A DNA stretch of 64,000 bases from Candidatus Yonathbacteria bacterium (GTDB lineage: Bacteria; Patescibacteriota; Minisyncoccia; Phycocordibacterales; UBA1550). Below are positions 8,894 to 18,592 of this stretch, piece by piece. Where the stretch lies: the NCBI GenBank assembly GCA_016215205.1, contig JACRKU010000013.1:29016-93015 (forward strand). The letters run 5' to 3'. Numbering within the stretch: the stretch's first letter is position 1; every line of letters starts with the position of its first letter. The translations under genes and the position numbers were made by a program. The notes below the pieces were generated by a model that did no database searches, was not told the origin of the DNA, and worked only from the letters and a program-made list of their open reading frames with translations.

Positions 8894-10240
8894 ATGAATG
8901 ACATTATCCGAAAACAAATGAAAGATGTGATTGTTCCTCATAACGAGGTTATTCGTCGAGTGCCAACCGTACCCGAACCGTACGCCGCGCCAAAGCCTTC
9001 AGAAGAAATGGGGCGCATCGAAAAAAATCCATTTTTCAAAAAGGAGAGAAAAAAAGATGACGAACCACCAAAAGGCAAAAGCGCGCGTTCCCACGCGCTT
9101 ACTTGGGCGTTTCTGGCAGTCGCACTTTTGGTCGCAGTTTTTGTTGTCGCAAACTATTTTTCATCGGCGACGGTAGAAATCACGCCTATCACGCGAAGTA
9201 TAAATCTAGACCGTGATTTTACAGCGGTTTCGTCCGACAAAGCGGTGGAAGGCGATCTCATTTTTCATTTTGTTGCAACTTCCACGGAAAAAATAAAAGA
9301 GGTCCCCGCAACGGTCGAAAAGAAGATTCAAAAAAAAGCGTCAGGGAAAGTAACAATTTTCAACTCCTATAATGGAGAAAGTCAGCGTCTCATCAAAAAC
9401 ACGCGCCTCGAGTCTCCCGGTCGCAAAACATATCGCATCGACCAGTCGGTGATTGTGCCAGGGATGAAGGTCGTCAATGGCAAAAATATGCCCGGCTCTG
9501 TTGAGGCGGTCGTCTATGCCGATGCTCCCGGTCCGGATTATAATATTGATAAACCTGCCGATTTTACAATCCCCGGGTTTAATGGTGACCCCCGATATAC
9601 GAAGTTTTACGCACGCTCAAAACCGGATTCTCCTATCACGGGCGGTTTTTCCGGAACCGTGAATATTCCCTCGGACGAAGCAATCCTACTTGCGCAAGAA
9701 GAATTGAAGCAAGAGCTCCCTAAAATCGCGATTGAAAAAGCGCGCGCGCAGATTCCCGACGGAATGTCGTTGTTTCCCGGAGGTGTGATAATAAAATTTG
9801 AAGATGTGCCGCAGGACATAACCTTAGGCACGCTGTCAAAGGTTGTCGTGCGCGCCACGGCATCGGTATTTTTCTTTGATACGACTGTTCTCACAGAGAA
9901 ACTTGCAGCCGCATTATTGTCCGAAGACAAAGGAAAAACATTCGTAGTCTCTAATATGTCCGCTCTCGCATTCTCATTCGTTGACCCCGTGAACAACGTA
10001 GTTCTCTCTGACCTCTCAAAGATAAGTTTTCATATCAAGGGGGACTTGGTGTTTGTGGGGCAGATTGATGCCACAAAAATCCGCGCGGAACTCGCGGGCA
10101 AAGAAAAAAAAGATTTTGGCAAACTTATCGTCGGAGAGAATAGTATCGGCAAGGCGGATGTTGTTATTCGTCCAATGTGGAAAACTGCCTTTCCTAAAGA
10201 CCCCACAAAGATTACAATAAAAATTGTTAGCGGGGAATAG
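8894..10240 (+). CDS. Bitopic membrane protein with ~360-aa extracytoplasmic domain, hypothetical
   Basis: Translationally coupled to upstream gene (TAA-T-ATG); charged N-terminus, single TM (LTWAFLAVALLVAVFVVANYF), large C-terminal domain without recognised motifs. Confidence 0.5.
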   Translation: MNDIIRKQMKDVIVPHNEVIRRVPTVPEPYAAPKPSEEMGRIEKNPFFKKERKKDDEPPKGKSARSHALTWAFLAVALLVAVFVVANYFSSATVEITPITRSINLDRDFTAVSSDKAVEGDLIFHFVATSTEKIKEVPATVEKKIQKKASGKVTIFNSYNGESQRLIKNTRLESPGRKTYRIDQSVIVPGMKVVNGKNMPGSVEAVVYADAPGPDYNIDKPADFTIPGFNGDPRYTKFYARSKPDSPITGGFSGTVNIPSDEAILLAQEELKQELPKIAIEKARAQIPDGMSLFPGGVIIKFEDVPQDITLGTLSKVVVRATASVFFFDTTVLTEKLAAALLSEDKGKTFVVSNMSALAFSFVDPVNNVVLSDLSKISFHIKGDLVFVGQIDATKIRAELAGKEKKDFGKLIVGENSIGKADVVIRPMWKTAFPKDPTKITIKIVSGE

Positions 10241-10246
10241 TTGTAA

Positions 10247-10275
10247 TTGACGCCACACTAAACTTTTGGTATCAT
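10247..10275 (+). promoter_or_regulatory. Putative sigma70 promoter upstream of infA
   Basis: TTGACG -35, 17-nt spacer, TATCAT -10, 12 nt before ATG 10288. Confidence 0.5.
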
Positions 10276-10287
10276 GAAGATTCACAA

Positions 10288-10503
10288 ATGGCAGAAATAG
10301 AAAAAGAGGAGCTAACACAAGGGGAGGTTACCGAAGCGCTTCCGGGCGCAATGTTTCGCGTAGAGTTTCCGGACGGGCAAGTTGTCATATCCTATCTCGC
10401 GGGCAAGATGCGTCTGCACCGCATCAAGGTCCTCATCGGGGATAAGGTTATGGTAAAGCTTGATCCGTATGGCGGAAAAGGCCGTATTATCAAGCGACTA
10501 TAG
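10288..10503 (+). CDS. infA: Translation initiation factor IF-1
   Basis: GEVTEALPGAMFRVEFPDGQVVISYLAGKMRLHRIKVLIGDKVMVKLDPYGGKGRIIKR matches IF-1 S1-like fold. Confidence 0.9.
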   Translation: MAEIEKEELTQGEVTEALPGAMFRVEFPDGQVVISYLAGKMRLHRIKVLIGDKVMVKLDPYGGKGRIIKRL

Positions 10504-10596
10504 AGGGCTTGCATTTAATTCCAAAATACGATATAGTACCCTCACTGTTTTGTTTTTGTGGTTTTGTTTGTGTTTTCGTAGGTTTGCGCGAAATTT

Positions 10597-10655
10597 ACTC
10601 TATTGCCGCCTACTTAAAAAGGTAGGTATCAATAGAGAGTTTTTGTTCAATTTTT
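10597..10655 (+). terminator. Putative terminator / structured element between infA and rpmJ
   Basis: Imperfect long hairpin ctctattgccgcctactt...aggtaggtatcaatagagag followed by TTTTTGTTCAATTTTTGTTT. Confidence 0.4.
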
Positions 10656-10688
10656 GTTTAAATAGTAGTGGATACCAATATCTTTAGT

Positions 10689-10802
10689 ATGAAAGTACGA
10701 GCATCAGTAAAAAAAATTTGCGTAAAATGCAAGACGGTCAAGCGCGGCGACCGTATTCGCGTTATCTGCACAAACCCGCGTCATAAACAGCGTCAGGGAT
10801 AA
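10689..10802 (+). CDS. rpmJ: 50S ribosomal protein L36 (bL36)
   Basis: Translates to [37 protein letters not shown] (37 aa), canonical L36; below ORF-track size cutoff. Confidence 0.85.
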   Translation: MKVRASVKKICVKCKTVKRGDRIRVICTNPRHKQRQG

Positions 10803-10839
10803 CTATAGAGTAATCATTTAAGTATAAGACATTATATAT

Positions 10840-11220
10840 ATGCGAATCCTAGGAGTAACAATACCGGATGAAAAAAGATTGGAGATAAGTTTGACCGCAG
10901 TGTACGGCATCGGCCGTCCGCGCGCAAAAGAGCTTCTTGATTCCGCAAAAATCGACCATGGCAAGCGCGCCAAAGATTTGACTCCGGGGGACGAGGCGAA
11001 GATTCGTAAAATTATTGAAGAGCTCACTCTTGAAGGAGACCTCAAACGCGAAATTTCGACAAACATAAAGCGTTTGAAAGAAATCAAAGCGTACCGAGGA
11101 TTACGTCACGCAAAAAAGCTTCCCGTTCGCGGACAACGCACAAAGACAAACTCTCGCACCGTGCGCGGGAACAAGCGCACAACGATGGGTTCAGGACGTC
11201 GCAAGGCTGACAAGAAATAA
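10840..11220 (+). CDS. rpsM: 30S ribosomal protein S13
   Basis: MRILGVTIPDEKRLEISLTAVYGIGRPRAKELL... and basic C-terminal tail. Confidence 0.9.
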   Translation: MRILGVTIPDEKRLEISLTAVYGIGRPRAKELLDSAKIDHGKRAKDLTPGDEAKIRKIIEELTLEGDLKREISTNIKRLKEIKAYRGLRHAKKLPVRGQRTKTNSRTVRGNKRTTMGSGRRKADKK

Positions 11221-11242
11221 TAGACTTCAAGCAAAGACCATT

Positions 11243-11677
11243 ATGGGTAAAAAACGAATTATTAAAAAAGAAGGACAGAGCGTTGATCAGGGATTGGTAT
11301 CTCGCGCCCTTTCTCGTACCGCAAAAAAGAAGCATGTTGAAGGGGTACTCTATGTGCAGTCAACATACAATAATACAAAAGTGCTCCTCGCGGACAAGGC
11401 GGGCAACGCGCTCATCTGGTCTTCGTGCGGCTCTCTCGGTTTCAAGGGGGCAAAGAAGGGGACGCCGTTTGCCGCCGCAAAAGTTGGAGAGCTTGTTGGT
11501 GAAAAGGCCGCAATGATCGGAATGAAGGCGGTTGACGTAGTGGTAAAGGGTGTAGGCGCCGGGCGCGAGAGCTCGATTCGCGCGTTCAACTCAAAAGGCA
11601 TCGATATTGCGCTTATTCGCGATGTAACGCCGGTTCCGCACAATGGTCCGAAGCCAAAGAAACCGCGAAGAATTTAA
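11243..11677 (+). CDS. rpsK: 30S ribosomal protein S11
   Basis: VLYVQSTYNNTKVLLADKAGNALIWSSCGSLGFKGAKKGTPFAAAKV...VKGVGAGRESSIRA...VTPVPHNGPKPKKPRR. Confidence 0.9.
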   Translation: MGKKRIIKKEGQSVDQGLVSRALSRTAKKKHVEGVLYVQSTYNNTKVLLADKAGNALIWSSCGSLGFKGAKKGTPFAAAKVGELVGEKAAMIGMKAVDVVVKGVGAGRESSIRAFNSKGIDIALIRDVTPVPHNGPKPKKPRRI

Positions 11678-11693
11678 ACCATCAATATAATAT

Positions 11694-12305
11694 ATGAGCA
11701 GAGTTACATGTAAAATTTGTCGTCGTCTCGGGGAGACCGTTTGCGGACGCGAGAAGTGCGCGTTTAAAAAGCGTCCGTACCCGCCGGGAAAGTTGCTTTC
11801 TGAAAAAAAGCATCGCGCAACATTGACCGACTTCGGACTCCAGCTTCGTGAGAAGCAAAAAGTTCGCCACACATACGGTGTGAGCGAAAAGCAATTTTCG
11901 AATTATGTTAAAGAGGCATCGGGCAAGCGCGGTACGAACCCTGCTGAATACCTTTTTGAAGCTCTTGAGTCTCGTTTGGACAGTGCCGTGTATCGTTCGG
12001 GTTTTGTGGCATCTCGTTCTCTTGCGCGCCAGATAGTATCACACGGACACATTATGGTAAATGGTCGCCGCGCAAACATCGCGTCACGACGAATGAAAGT
12101 TGGCGACACGATATCAATCCGTCCCGGAAGTATGAGTTCGAAACTCTTTGAAGGGCTCGCGGAACGTTTGAAGGCCGCGACAGTGCCAACTTGGTTCAAG
12201 CTTGATACAGATAAGCTCGAAGCAACGTTTCAAGGAAAGCCAAAAGTGGGGCAGGCAGAAATGTCTTTCAATCTCACTTCTGTCATTGAATTTTACAGCC
12301 GTTAA
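11694..12305 (+). CDS. rpsD: 30S ribosomal protein S4 (zinc-finger form)
   Basis: N-terminal CKICRRLGETVCGREKC zinc ribbon, S4 domain (LESRLDSAVYRSGFVASRSLARQIVSHGHIMVNGRRANIAS). Confidence 0.9.
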   Translation: MSRVTCKICRRLGETVCGREKCAFKKRPYPPGKLLSEKKHRATLTDFGLQLREKQKVRHTYGVSEKQFSNYVKEASGKRGTNPAEYLFEALESRLDSAVYRSGFVASRSLARQIVSHGHIMVNGRRANIASRRMKVGDTISIRPGSMSSKLFEGLAERLKAATVPTWFKLDTDKLEATFQGKPKVGQAEMSFNLTSVIEFYSR

Positions 12306-12371
12306 TTCCTGTGCCCTGTTTGCATTTATCAAAAATTTAAGGTATAGTTTCAACTTCTAATTTACACCACA

Positions 12372-13337
12372 ATGCTCGACTACAACATCACATTGCCATC
12401 GAAACCAAAAGTTCTCTCCGAGGACGGTTTTAAGGGAAGCTACGAAATCGAAAGTCTTTATCCGGGATATGGGCATACGCTCGGAAATTCACTTCGCCGC
12501 ATTATTCTCTCATCGCTTTTGGGTGCCGCAATCACAACGGTAAAGATTGAAGGCGCTTCGCATGAGTTTTCTACTGTAGAAGGAGTCAAAGAGGATGTTA
12601 TTACGATACTTCTCAATTTGAAAAAGGTGCGCTTCAAACTTTCCACAATGGAGCCGCAGGTTGTTACGCTTTCCGTGAAAGGCGCGAAAGATGTTACCGC
12701 AGGCGATATCAAAGTTTCCGGTCAGGTGGAAGTTTTGAATCCGGAACAGCATATTGCGACACTGACCGACAAAAACGCAACACTCAATATCGAGATTGTT
12801 GTTGTAAAAGGTTTCGGCTATGTTTCAAAAGAAATCCACCAGAAAGAAAAGATGGAAATCGGTACCATCGCCGTTGATGCAATCTTTACACCGATTCGTC
12901 GTGTAAATTACGAGGTAGACAACATGCGCGTGGGAAATCGCACCGACTACAACCGTTTGCGCATTTCTATAGAGACTGACGGCACCATTTCTCCTCGCCG
13001 CGCCCTTGAAGCATCGATTGAGATTATGGTAAACCAGCTCAAGTCAGTTATTGGTTTTGTCGAGAAAGTTGAAGTTGAGGCAAAAGAGACTCCGGAGATA
13101 AAGGAGGTTTCTCCAAAGAAAGACGCTGCGGACAATGACTTCTTGAAGACTCGCGTAGAAAATCTCGACCTTTCGACTCGCACGAATAATGCGCTTTCAA
13201 ACGCAAATATTCGCACCATCGGCGGCTTGGCAAGGAAGACCGAAGAGGATCTGCTTGAGATTGATGGTTTGGGAGACAAAGGAATTCAAGAAATAAAGCG
13301 CGCCCTTGGAGCACACAACATCACTCTCAAAAGCTAA
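12372..13337 (+). CDS. rpoA: DNA-directed RNA polymerase alpha subunit
   Basis: GYGHTLGNSLRRIILSSLLGAAIT..., alpha-CTD (RTNNALSNANIRTIGGL). Confidence 0.9.
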   Translation: MLDYNITLPSKPKVLSEDGFKGSYEIESLYPGYGHTLGNSLRRIILSSLLGAAITTVKIEGASHEFSTVEGVKEDVITILLNLKKVRFKLSTMEPQVVTLSVKGAKDVTAGDIKVSGQVEVLNPEQHIATLTDKNATLNIEIVVVKGFGYVSKEIHQKEKMEIGTIAVDAIFTPIRRVNYEVDNMRVGNRTDYNRLRISIETDGTISPRRALEASIEIMVNQLKSVIGFVEKVEVEAKETPEIKEVSPKKDAADNDFLKTRVENLDLSTRTNNALSNANIRTIGGLARKTEEDLLEIDGLGDKGIQEIKRALGAHNITLKS

Positions 13338-13359
13338 CTATTAACTATTTACTAATACC

Positions 13360-13719
13360 ATGAAACACCACAAGTCGATGAGAAAATTTGGACGAGACCA
13401 CGCGGGGCGTATTGCGCTTCTTCGCTCGCTCGCTCTCGCGCTCATAAAGACCGAGCACATAGAGACCACCGAGGCGCGCGCCAAGGAGCTTCGTCCATTC
13501 GTCGAGAAGCTGGTGACTCGAGGCGGAAAGGCAGATTTGACGTCACGCCGTCTTATTATTTCTCGCCTGGGCGGCGTGTCTGGAGAGGAGGGCGCAAAAA
13601 AGCTCATTGATGAGATTGCGCCTCGCTACAAGGAGCGCGCCGGCGGATACACGCGTATTTTGAAACTCCCGCGCCGCCATGGGGACGCATCGAAAATGGC
13701 TGTTATTGAATTTGTTTAG
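13360..13719 (+). CDS. rplQ: 50S ribosomal protein L17
   Basis: MKHHKSMRKFGRDHAGRIALLRSLALALIKTEHIETTEARAKELRPFVEKLVT. Confidence 0.9.
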   Translation: MKHHKSMRKFGRDHAGRIALLRSLALALIKTEHIETTEARAKELRPFVEKLVTRGGKADLTSRRLIISRLGGVSGEEGAKKLIDEIAPRYKERAGGYTRILKLPRRHGDASKMAVIEFV

Positions 13720-13742
13720 TACACCCATTAAAATTAATCACC

Positions 13743-14087
13743 ATGACATACAAAATTGACGCAAAAGGAAAATCCGTAGGGCGCGTTGCCACCGAGGCGG
13801 CGAGTGTTCTTATGGGCAAAACTTCACCCGCATTTCAGAAGCACATCCCTGCAGATGTTCTTGTAATAATCGAGAATGCATCAAAGGCATCAATTACTCC
13901 ATCAAAGATGGGGCAAGTGCATTCAAAGACTTATTCCGGTTATCCTGGCGGACTTCGTGAACGCACGGTCGCATACACAATCGAGAAAAAGGGTCACACT
14001 GAAGTTTTCCTTCGCGCAATTTCACGCATGATTCCGCGCAATCGTTTGCACAAGATTCGCATGAAGAATTTAAAAATTACCGAATAA
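13743..14087 (+). CDS. rplM: 50S ribosomal protein L13 (short form)
   Basis: Position in rpoA-rplQ-rplM-rpsI block; ...KTYSGYPGGLRERT...RAISRMIPRNRL... Confidence 0.85.
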   Translation: MTYKIDAKGKSVGRVATEAASVLMGKTSPAFQKHIPADVLVIIENASKASITPSKMGQVHSKTYSGYPGGLRERTVAYTIEKKGHTEVFLRAISRMIPRNRLHKIRMKNLKITE

Positions 14088-14088
14088 T

Positions 14089-14544
14089 ATGACGACCAAA
14101 GATACTACAAAAAAAGAATCAGTTTCAAGAATACATGCGGTAAAGAAAGCGCATGCTCGCTATGTCGAAGCTGTTGGTCGTCGCAAGACTTCAACCGCCC
14201 GCGTTCGCATCGCCGAGTCTTCAAAAGAATCAGCCACAATAAACGACAAGGATGTTCCGGTGTATTTCCCGACAGCAGAGCTTCAGTCTATTGTTGCCAA
14301 GGCAATCGAGAAATCAAAAGTTGTCGGAAAGTTTGCCGTTTCAGCGCGAGTAACGGGTGGTGGAATTCACTCGCAAGCAGAAGCGGTTCGCCACGGACTC
14401 TCTCGCGCCATCGTTAAATTTGATGAAGAAACAAGGAAGCGTTTGAAGAAACTCGGTTTCCTAAAGCGTGATCCACGCATGAAAGAGCGCCGCAAGTTCG
14501 GCCTTAAGAAAGCGCGCAAGGCGCCACAATGGTCTAAGCGCTAA
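14089..14544 (+). CDS. rpsI: 30S ribosomal protein S9
   Basis: C-terminal ...GFLKRDPRMKERRKFGLKKARKAPQWSKR canonical S9 tail. Confidence 0.9.
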   Translation: MTTKDTTKKESVSRIHAVKKAHARYVEAVGRRKTSTARVRIAESSKESATINDKDVPVYFPTAELQSIVAKAIEKSKVVGKFAVSARVTGGGIHSQAEAVRHGLSRAIVKFDEETRKRLKKLGFLKRDPRMKERRKFGLKKARKAPQWSKR

Positions 14545-14567
14545 TATTGCATAAAGAGTTTTTATAA

Positions 14568-14609
14568 AAGAAAGAGAGAAATTATCAGTCGATAATTTCT
14601 CTCTTTCTT
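14568..14609. terminator. Perfect 17-bp hairpin after rpsI (terminator-like)
   Basis: aagaaagagagaaatta / taatttctctctttctt with 8-nt loop; U-rich 3' arm but no separate T-tract on + strand. Confidence 0.5.
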
Positions 14610-14648
14610 AAATTGTGGGCAATATGATAAGATGAGGTTTCAATAACT

Positions 14649-15278
14649 ATGACAGACACAGAAAACGCGGAAAAAGATGATAAAATAGTGGGTACAGAGG
14701 CTCAAAACGAGTCGCTTGACACAAAAGAAGACCCCATGTATAGTGGTGACCTCCAATACGAGGATGAGGAGGATTTGGAAAGTCCGGCGCTTGCGACGAA
14801 GAAACTTCGCGATAAACTTAAAGCCTGTGAGAAGGAAAAGAAAGAGTATCTTGATGGTTGGCAGAGAATGCGCGCGGATTTTGCAAATGTGAAAAAAGAA
14901 GAGGAAACCCGCCGCGGAGAAATGATAAAATTTGCCTCCGAGGGGCTCGTCGATGACCTGCTTCCAGTTTTAGACAGTTTTTCGATGGCATTTGGAAATC
15001 GTGAAGTGTGGGAAAAGGTGGACGAGAACTGGCGCAAGGGGGTTGAATATATTTACGCGCAAATGTATTCTGTCCTTGAGTCGCGAGGCTTGAGCGAGAT
15101 AGGAAAAGTAGGCGAGAAAGTAGACCCGAGGACCCATGTTGCGATAGAGGAAATCCCTTTGCCTTCCGAAAAAGAAGCAGACACGGTAGCCGAGGTGGTG
15201 CAAAAGGGATACCGTCTGCATAGTAAAGTTATACGCCCCGCAAAAGTAAAAGCATTTGGGCATAAAGTCGAAATTTAA
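14649..15278 (+). CDS. grpE: Nucleotide exchange factor GrpE
   Basis: ...WQRMRADFANVKKEEETRRGEMIKFASEGLVDDLLPVLDSF... GrpE pattern; precedes dnaK. Confidence 0.85.
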   Translation: MTDTENAEKDDKIVGTEAQNESLDTKEDPMYSGDLQYEDEEDLESPALATKKLRDKLKACEKEKKEYLDGWQRMRADFANVKKEEETRRGEMIKFASEGLVDDLLPVLDSFSMAFGNREVWEKVDENWRKGVEYIYAQMYSVLESRGLSEIGKVGEKVDPRTHVAIEEIPLPSEKEADTVAEVVQKGYRLHSKVIRPAKVKAFGHKVEI

Positions 15279-15311
15279 CAGTCTCATTAATCGTAATCAC
15301 ACAAAAATATC

Positions 15312-17210
15312 ATGGCAAAAATTTTAGGCATTGACTTGGGTACAACAAACAGCGCGGTCGCTATCATTGAAGGCGGCGAACCGCGCATCGTAGAAAACAT
15401 CGAAGGCGCGCGCACGACGCCGTCTATTGTTGCCGTTTCAAAAAGTGGTGAACGCTTGGTGGGACTTCTCGCAAAGCGTCAAGCAGTGACGAATCCGAAA
15501 AACACGCTTTTTGGCATCAAGCGTATGATAGGTCACACATTTGAAGACGAGGGTGTTCAGCGTGACAAAAAAACAGCGCCGTTTGGCATTGAGAAATCTC
15601 CCACTGGTGGCGTGCAGGTGAAAATGGGGGATAAGCAGTATCGCCCCGAGGAAATTTCGGCGATGGTGCTCCAGAAACTCAAAGCGGACGCCGAAGCAAA
15701 ACTTGGTGAAAAAATTACCGAGGCGGTAATTACTGTGCCTGCGTACTTCAACGACTCACAGCGTCAGGCGACAAAGGACGCTGGGCAGATTGCGGGTTTT
15801 GATGTGAAGCGTATCATCAACGAGCCGACTGCGGCCGCTCTCGCGTACGGTTTTAATAAAAAGAAAGATGAGAAGATTGTCGTGTACGACTTTGGCGGTG
15901 GTACGTTTGACGTGTCGGTGCTCGAAGTGGGCGGGGATGTTATTGAAGTAAAGTCCACCGACGGCGATGTGCACATGGGTGGGGAAGACATTGACCAGAA
16001 AATTATTCGTCATATTGCGAGTGAGTTCAAAAAAGAATCGGGGATTGATGTTTCAACAGACGTGATGGCGCTCCAGCGTTTGAAAGAATCTGCAGAAAAA
16101 GCAAAGCACGAGCTTTCTACCACCATGGAGGCTGAGATTAACATTCCATTTATTACTTCAGGAGCGGACGGTCCAAAGCACCTTCTTTTGAAACTTTCGC
16201 GCGCGACGCTTGACGACCTCGCTCGCGAGTATATCGACAAGTCAATCGAGATTACCAAGCGCGCGCTCGCCGCTTCTCCGTTCAAAAAGGAAGACATCAA
16301 CGAAATCATTATGGTTGGCGGACAGACCCGCATGCCGGCTATTGTTAATGCAGTGAAGGAGCTTTTTGGTAAGGAGCCAAATCGTTCAATCAATCCGGAT
16401 GAAGTAGTTGCTATTGGTGCGGCCATTCAGGCGGGAATCCTTCAGGGTGATGTAAAAGACGTGCTTCTCCTTGATGTTATTCCTCTCTCGCTCGGTATCG
16501 AAACATTCGGCAATGTCGCGACAAAACTCATCGAAAAAAATACCACGATTCCGGCGTCACGCTCGCAGATTTTCTCGACCGCGGCAGACAACCAAACATC
16601 AGTGGAGATTCATGTGGTGCAAGGCGAACGCCCAATGGCGCCCGACAACAAGTCTCTCGGCCGATTTATTTTGGACGGTATTCCGCCAGCACATCGCGGT
16701 GTGCCACAGGTGGAAGTTTCTTTTGATGTGGACGCAAACGGCATTCTTCAGGTAAAGGCAAAAGAAAAGACTACCGGCAAAGAACAATCCATTCGCATTG
16801 AAGCAAGCTCCGGTCTTTCAAAAGACGACATTGCGCGCATGCAAAAAGAAGCGGAGATGAATGCAGAAGAAGATGCGAAAAAGCGCGACAGCGCCGAGAC
16901 AAAAAACATGCTTGAGCAACTCGTATACACAGCCGAGAAATCACTTCGCGATAACGGCGACAAAGTTTCCGCTGAAATGAAATCTGCCGTTGAGGAAAAG
17001 CTCGCTCTTGCAAAAACCGCAAGCGCGGGAACAGATATTGAAGCAATGAAGAAAGCATCTACAGAGCTTTCAGAGACACTTTCCAAAATCGGCGAAGAAA
17101 TGATGAAGAACGCAGATGCGGCGAAAGCAGAGGGTGGCGCAGGCGAAAAACCGGAAGGCGGCGAGGGTAATGTTCACGACGCAGAGTATAAGGAAGGGGA
17201 GAATAAGTAA
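15312..17210 (+). CDS. dnaK: Chaperone DnaK (Hsp70)
   Basis: [17 protein letters not shown]..., [13 protein letters not shown], full Hsp70 architecture. Confidence 0.95.
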   Translation: MAKILGIDLGTTNSAVAIIEGGEPRIVENIEGARTTPSIVAVSKSGERLVGLLAKRQAVTNPKNTLFGIKRMIGHTFEDEGVQRDKKTAPFGIEKSPTGGVQVKMGDKQYRPEEISAMVLQKLKADAEAKLGEKITEAVITVPAYFNDSQRQATKDAGQIAGFDVKRIINEPTAAALAYGFNKKKDEKIVVYDFGGGTFDVSVLEVGGDVIEVKSTDGDVHMGGEDIDQKIIRHIASEFKKESGIDVSTDVMALQRLKESAEKAKHELSTTMEAEINIPFITSGADGPKHLLLKLSRATLDDLAREYIDKSIEITKRALAASPFKKEDINEIIMVGGQTRMPAIVNAVKELFGKEPNRSINPDEVVAIGAAIQAGILQGDVKDVLLLDVIPLSLGIETFGNVATKLIEKNTTIPASRSQIFSTAADNQTSVEIHVVQGERPMAPDNKSLGRFILDGIPPAHRGVPQVEVSFDVDANGILQVKAKEKTTGKEQSIRIEASSGLSKDDIARMQKEAEMNAEEDAKKRDSAETKNMLEQLVYTAEKSLRDNGDKVSAEMKSAVEEKLALAKTASAGTDIEAMKKASTELSETLSKIGEEMMKNADAAKAEGGAGEKPEGGEGNVHDAEYKEGENK

Positions 17211-17287
17211 AAAGTGACAAGTTAAAAGTAAAAAGTAGATGCATTTGTATCACTTTCAACTTTACACTTTTAACTTTCGACTTGCCT

Positions 17288-18337
17288 ATGGCAAAAGACT
17301 ACTACAAAACACTCGGTGTTGAAAAAAACGCCTCTCAAGACGAAATTAAAAAAGCGTTTCGTACTCTTGCGCACAAATATCATCCCGACAAGGGCGGTGA
17401 TGAGAAAAAGTTCAAAGAGGCAAGCGAAGCGTATCAAGTGCTTTCAGACGAAAAGAAACGCTCCGAATATGACACCTATGGTTCGGCGGGTCCGGGGCGA
17501 GGCAATGGCTTCGGGCAGGGCGGTTTTGACTCGTCTGGTTTCCAAGGGTTTGAAGGTGTGGACATAAACGACATCTTCGGAGATTTTTTTGGCGGTGGCC
17601 GCCGAGAACAGGTGCATCGCGGTCGCGACATTTCTGTTGACATTGAAATATCATTTTCGGAGGCTGTTTTTGGCGTGGAACACAAAGTTCGCATCACAAA
17701 AACCTCTTCTTGCGATACATGTCATGGCAGTGGCGCCAAACCGGGTACCAAAACAAAAGAGTGCGCAAAATGCAAGGGTAAGGGGCGCACACAGGAGTCC
17801 GTTAGGACAATTCTTGGTACATTTGCGCAAGAGCGCGAATGCAGTGCTTGTCACGGCTCCGGAAAAATTCCCGAAGAAAAATGCACCGCTTGCAAAGGCG
17901 CAGGTGTGGCGCGAAAAGAAGAGCAAATTACGATTCGCGTACCCGCAGGTATTCAAAATGGCGAGCAAGTGCGACTCACTGGCGCGGGTGAGGCAATACA
18001 GAACGGCAAGACAGGGGATTTGTATGTGCGTATTCATGTTGCTCCGCACAAAGTTTTCAGGCGCGAGGGTTACAACCTTGTGATGGCGCTCAGTGTGAAG
18101 CTCACCGACGCAATTCTCGGCGCCGAGTACCCCATACAGACTCTCGACGGAGAAATTAAATTAAAAATTCCGAGAGGTGTTTCGTCAGGCGAGGTTTTGC
18201 GCGTGCGCGAAAAAGGTGTACCCGTGGATAGCAAGCGCCGCGGCGATTTACTTATCAAGCTCGACATCAAAAATCCCGCAAAACTTTCCCGCACCGCCGA
18301 AAAACTCATCGAAGACCTTCGCAAAGAGGGGATTTAA
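17288..18337 (+). CDS. dnaJ: Chaperone DnaJ
   Basis: J-domain (DYYKTLGV...HPDK), G/F region, four CxxCxGxG zinc-finger repeats. Confidence 0.9.
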   Translation: MAKDYYKTLGVEKNASQDEIKKAFRTLAHKYHPDKGGDEKKFKEASEAYQVLSDEKKRSEYDTYGSAGPGRGNGFGQGGFDSSGFQGFEGVDINDIFGDFFGGGRREQVHRGRDISVDIEISFSEAVFGVEHKVRITKTSSCDTCHGSGAKPGTKTKECAKCKGKGRTQESVRTILGTFAQERECSACHGSGKIPEEKCTACKGAGVARKEEQITIRVPAGIQNGEQVRLTGAGEAIQNGKTGDLYVRIHVAPHKVFRREGYNLVMALSVKLTDAILGAEYPIQTLDGEIKLKIPRGVSSGEVLRVREKGVPVDSKRRGDLLIKLDIKNPAKLSRTAEKLIEDLRKEGI

Positions 18338-18536
18338 ATTTGCGAGATTATGTTTGCAAATTTCTTGAATACAATGCATAGTTTTTGCAGAGATGCTAAT
18401 GGCCAAATGCCGAGATTCCCTCGGCAACAAGAGCATCCTTTGTGAAGAGGAGTGCAAAATGAATATGTTTCTGCGCGTTGGCCCGGGTGATCCGGGCGAT
18501 CCGCCCTGCGACGGCGCTTAAACCACGCCCTCCATA

Positions 18537-18575
18537 ATCCCCCCGCTTCCTGTAAAGCGGGGGGATCTTTATGTT
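18537..18575 (+). terminator. Rho-independent terminator
   Basis: atccccccgctt / aagcggggggat 12-bp stem, loop cctgt, then CTTTATGTT. Confidence 0.6.
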
Positions 18576-18592
18576 AAGATGTCTAAGATTAC

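Noticed and set aside
14545-14648. CIRCE (HrcA) operator upstream of grpE-dnaK-dnaJ
   Set aside because: No TTAGCACTC-N9-GAGTGCTAA-like inverted repeat was found. Only a generic hairpin terminator and a weak -10-like box are present.
17211-17281. Terminator between dnaK and dnaJ
   Set aside because: Only an imperfect AAAGT/ACTTT-rich inverted repeat with a long loop is present, which is too weak to call. dnaJ is probably co-transcribed.
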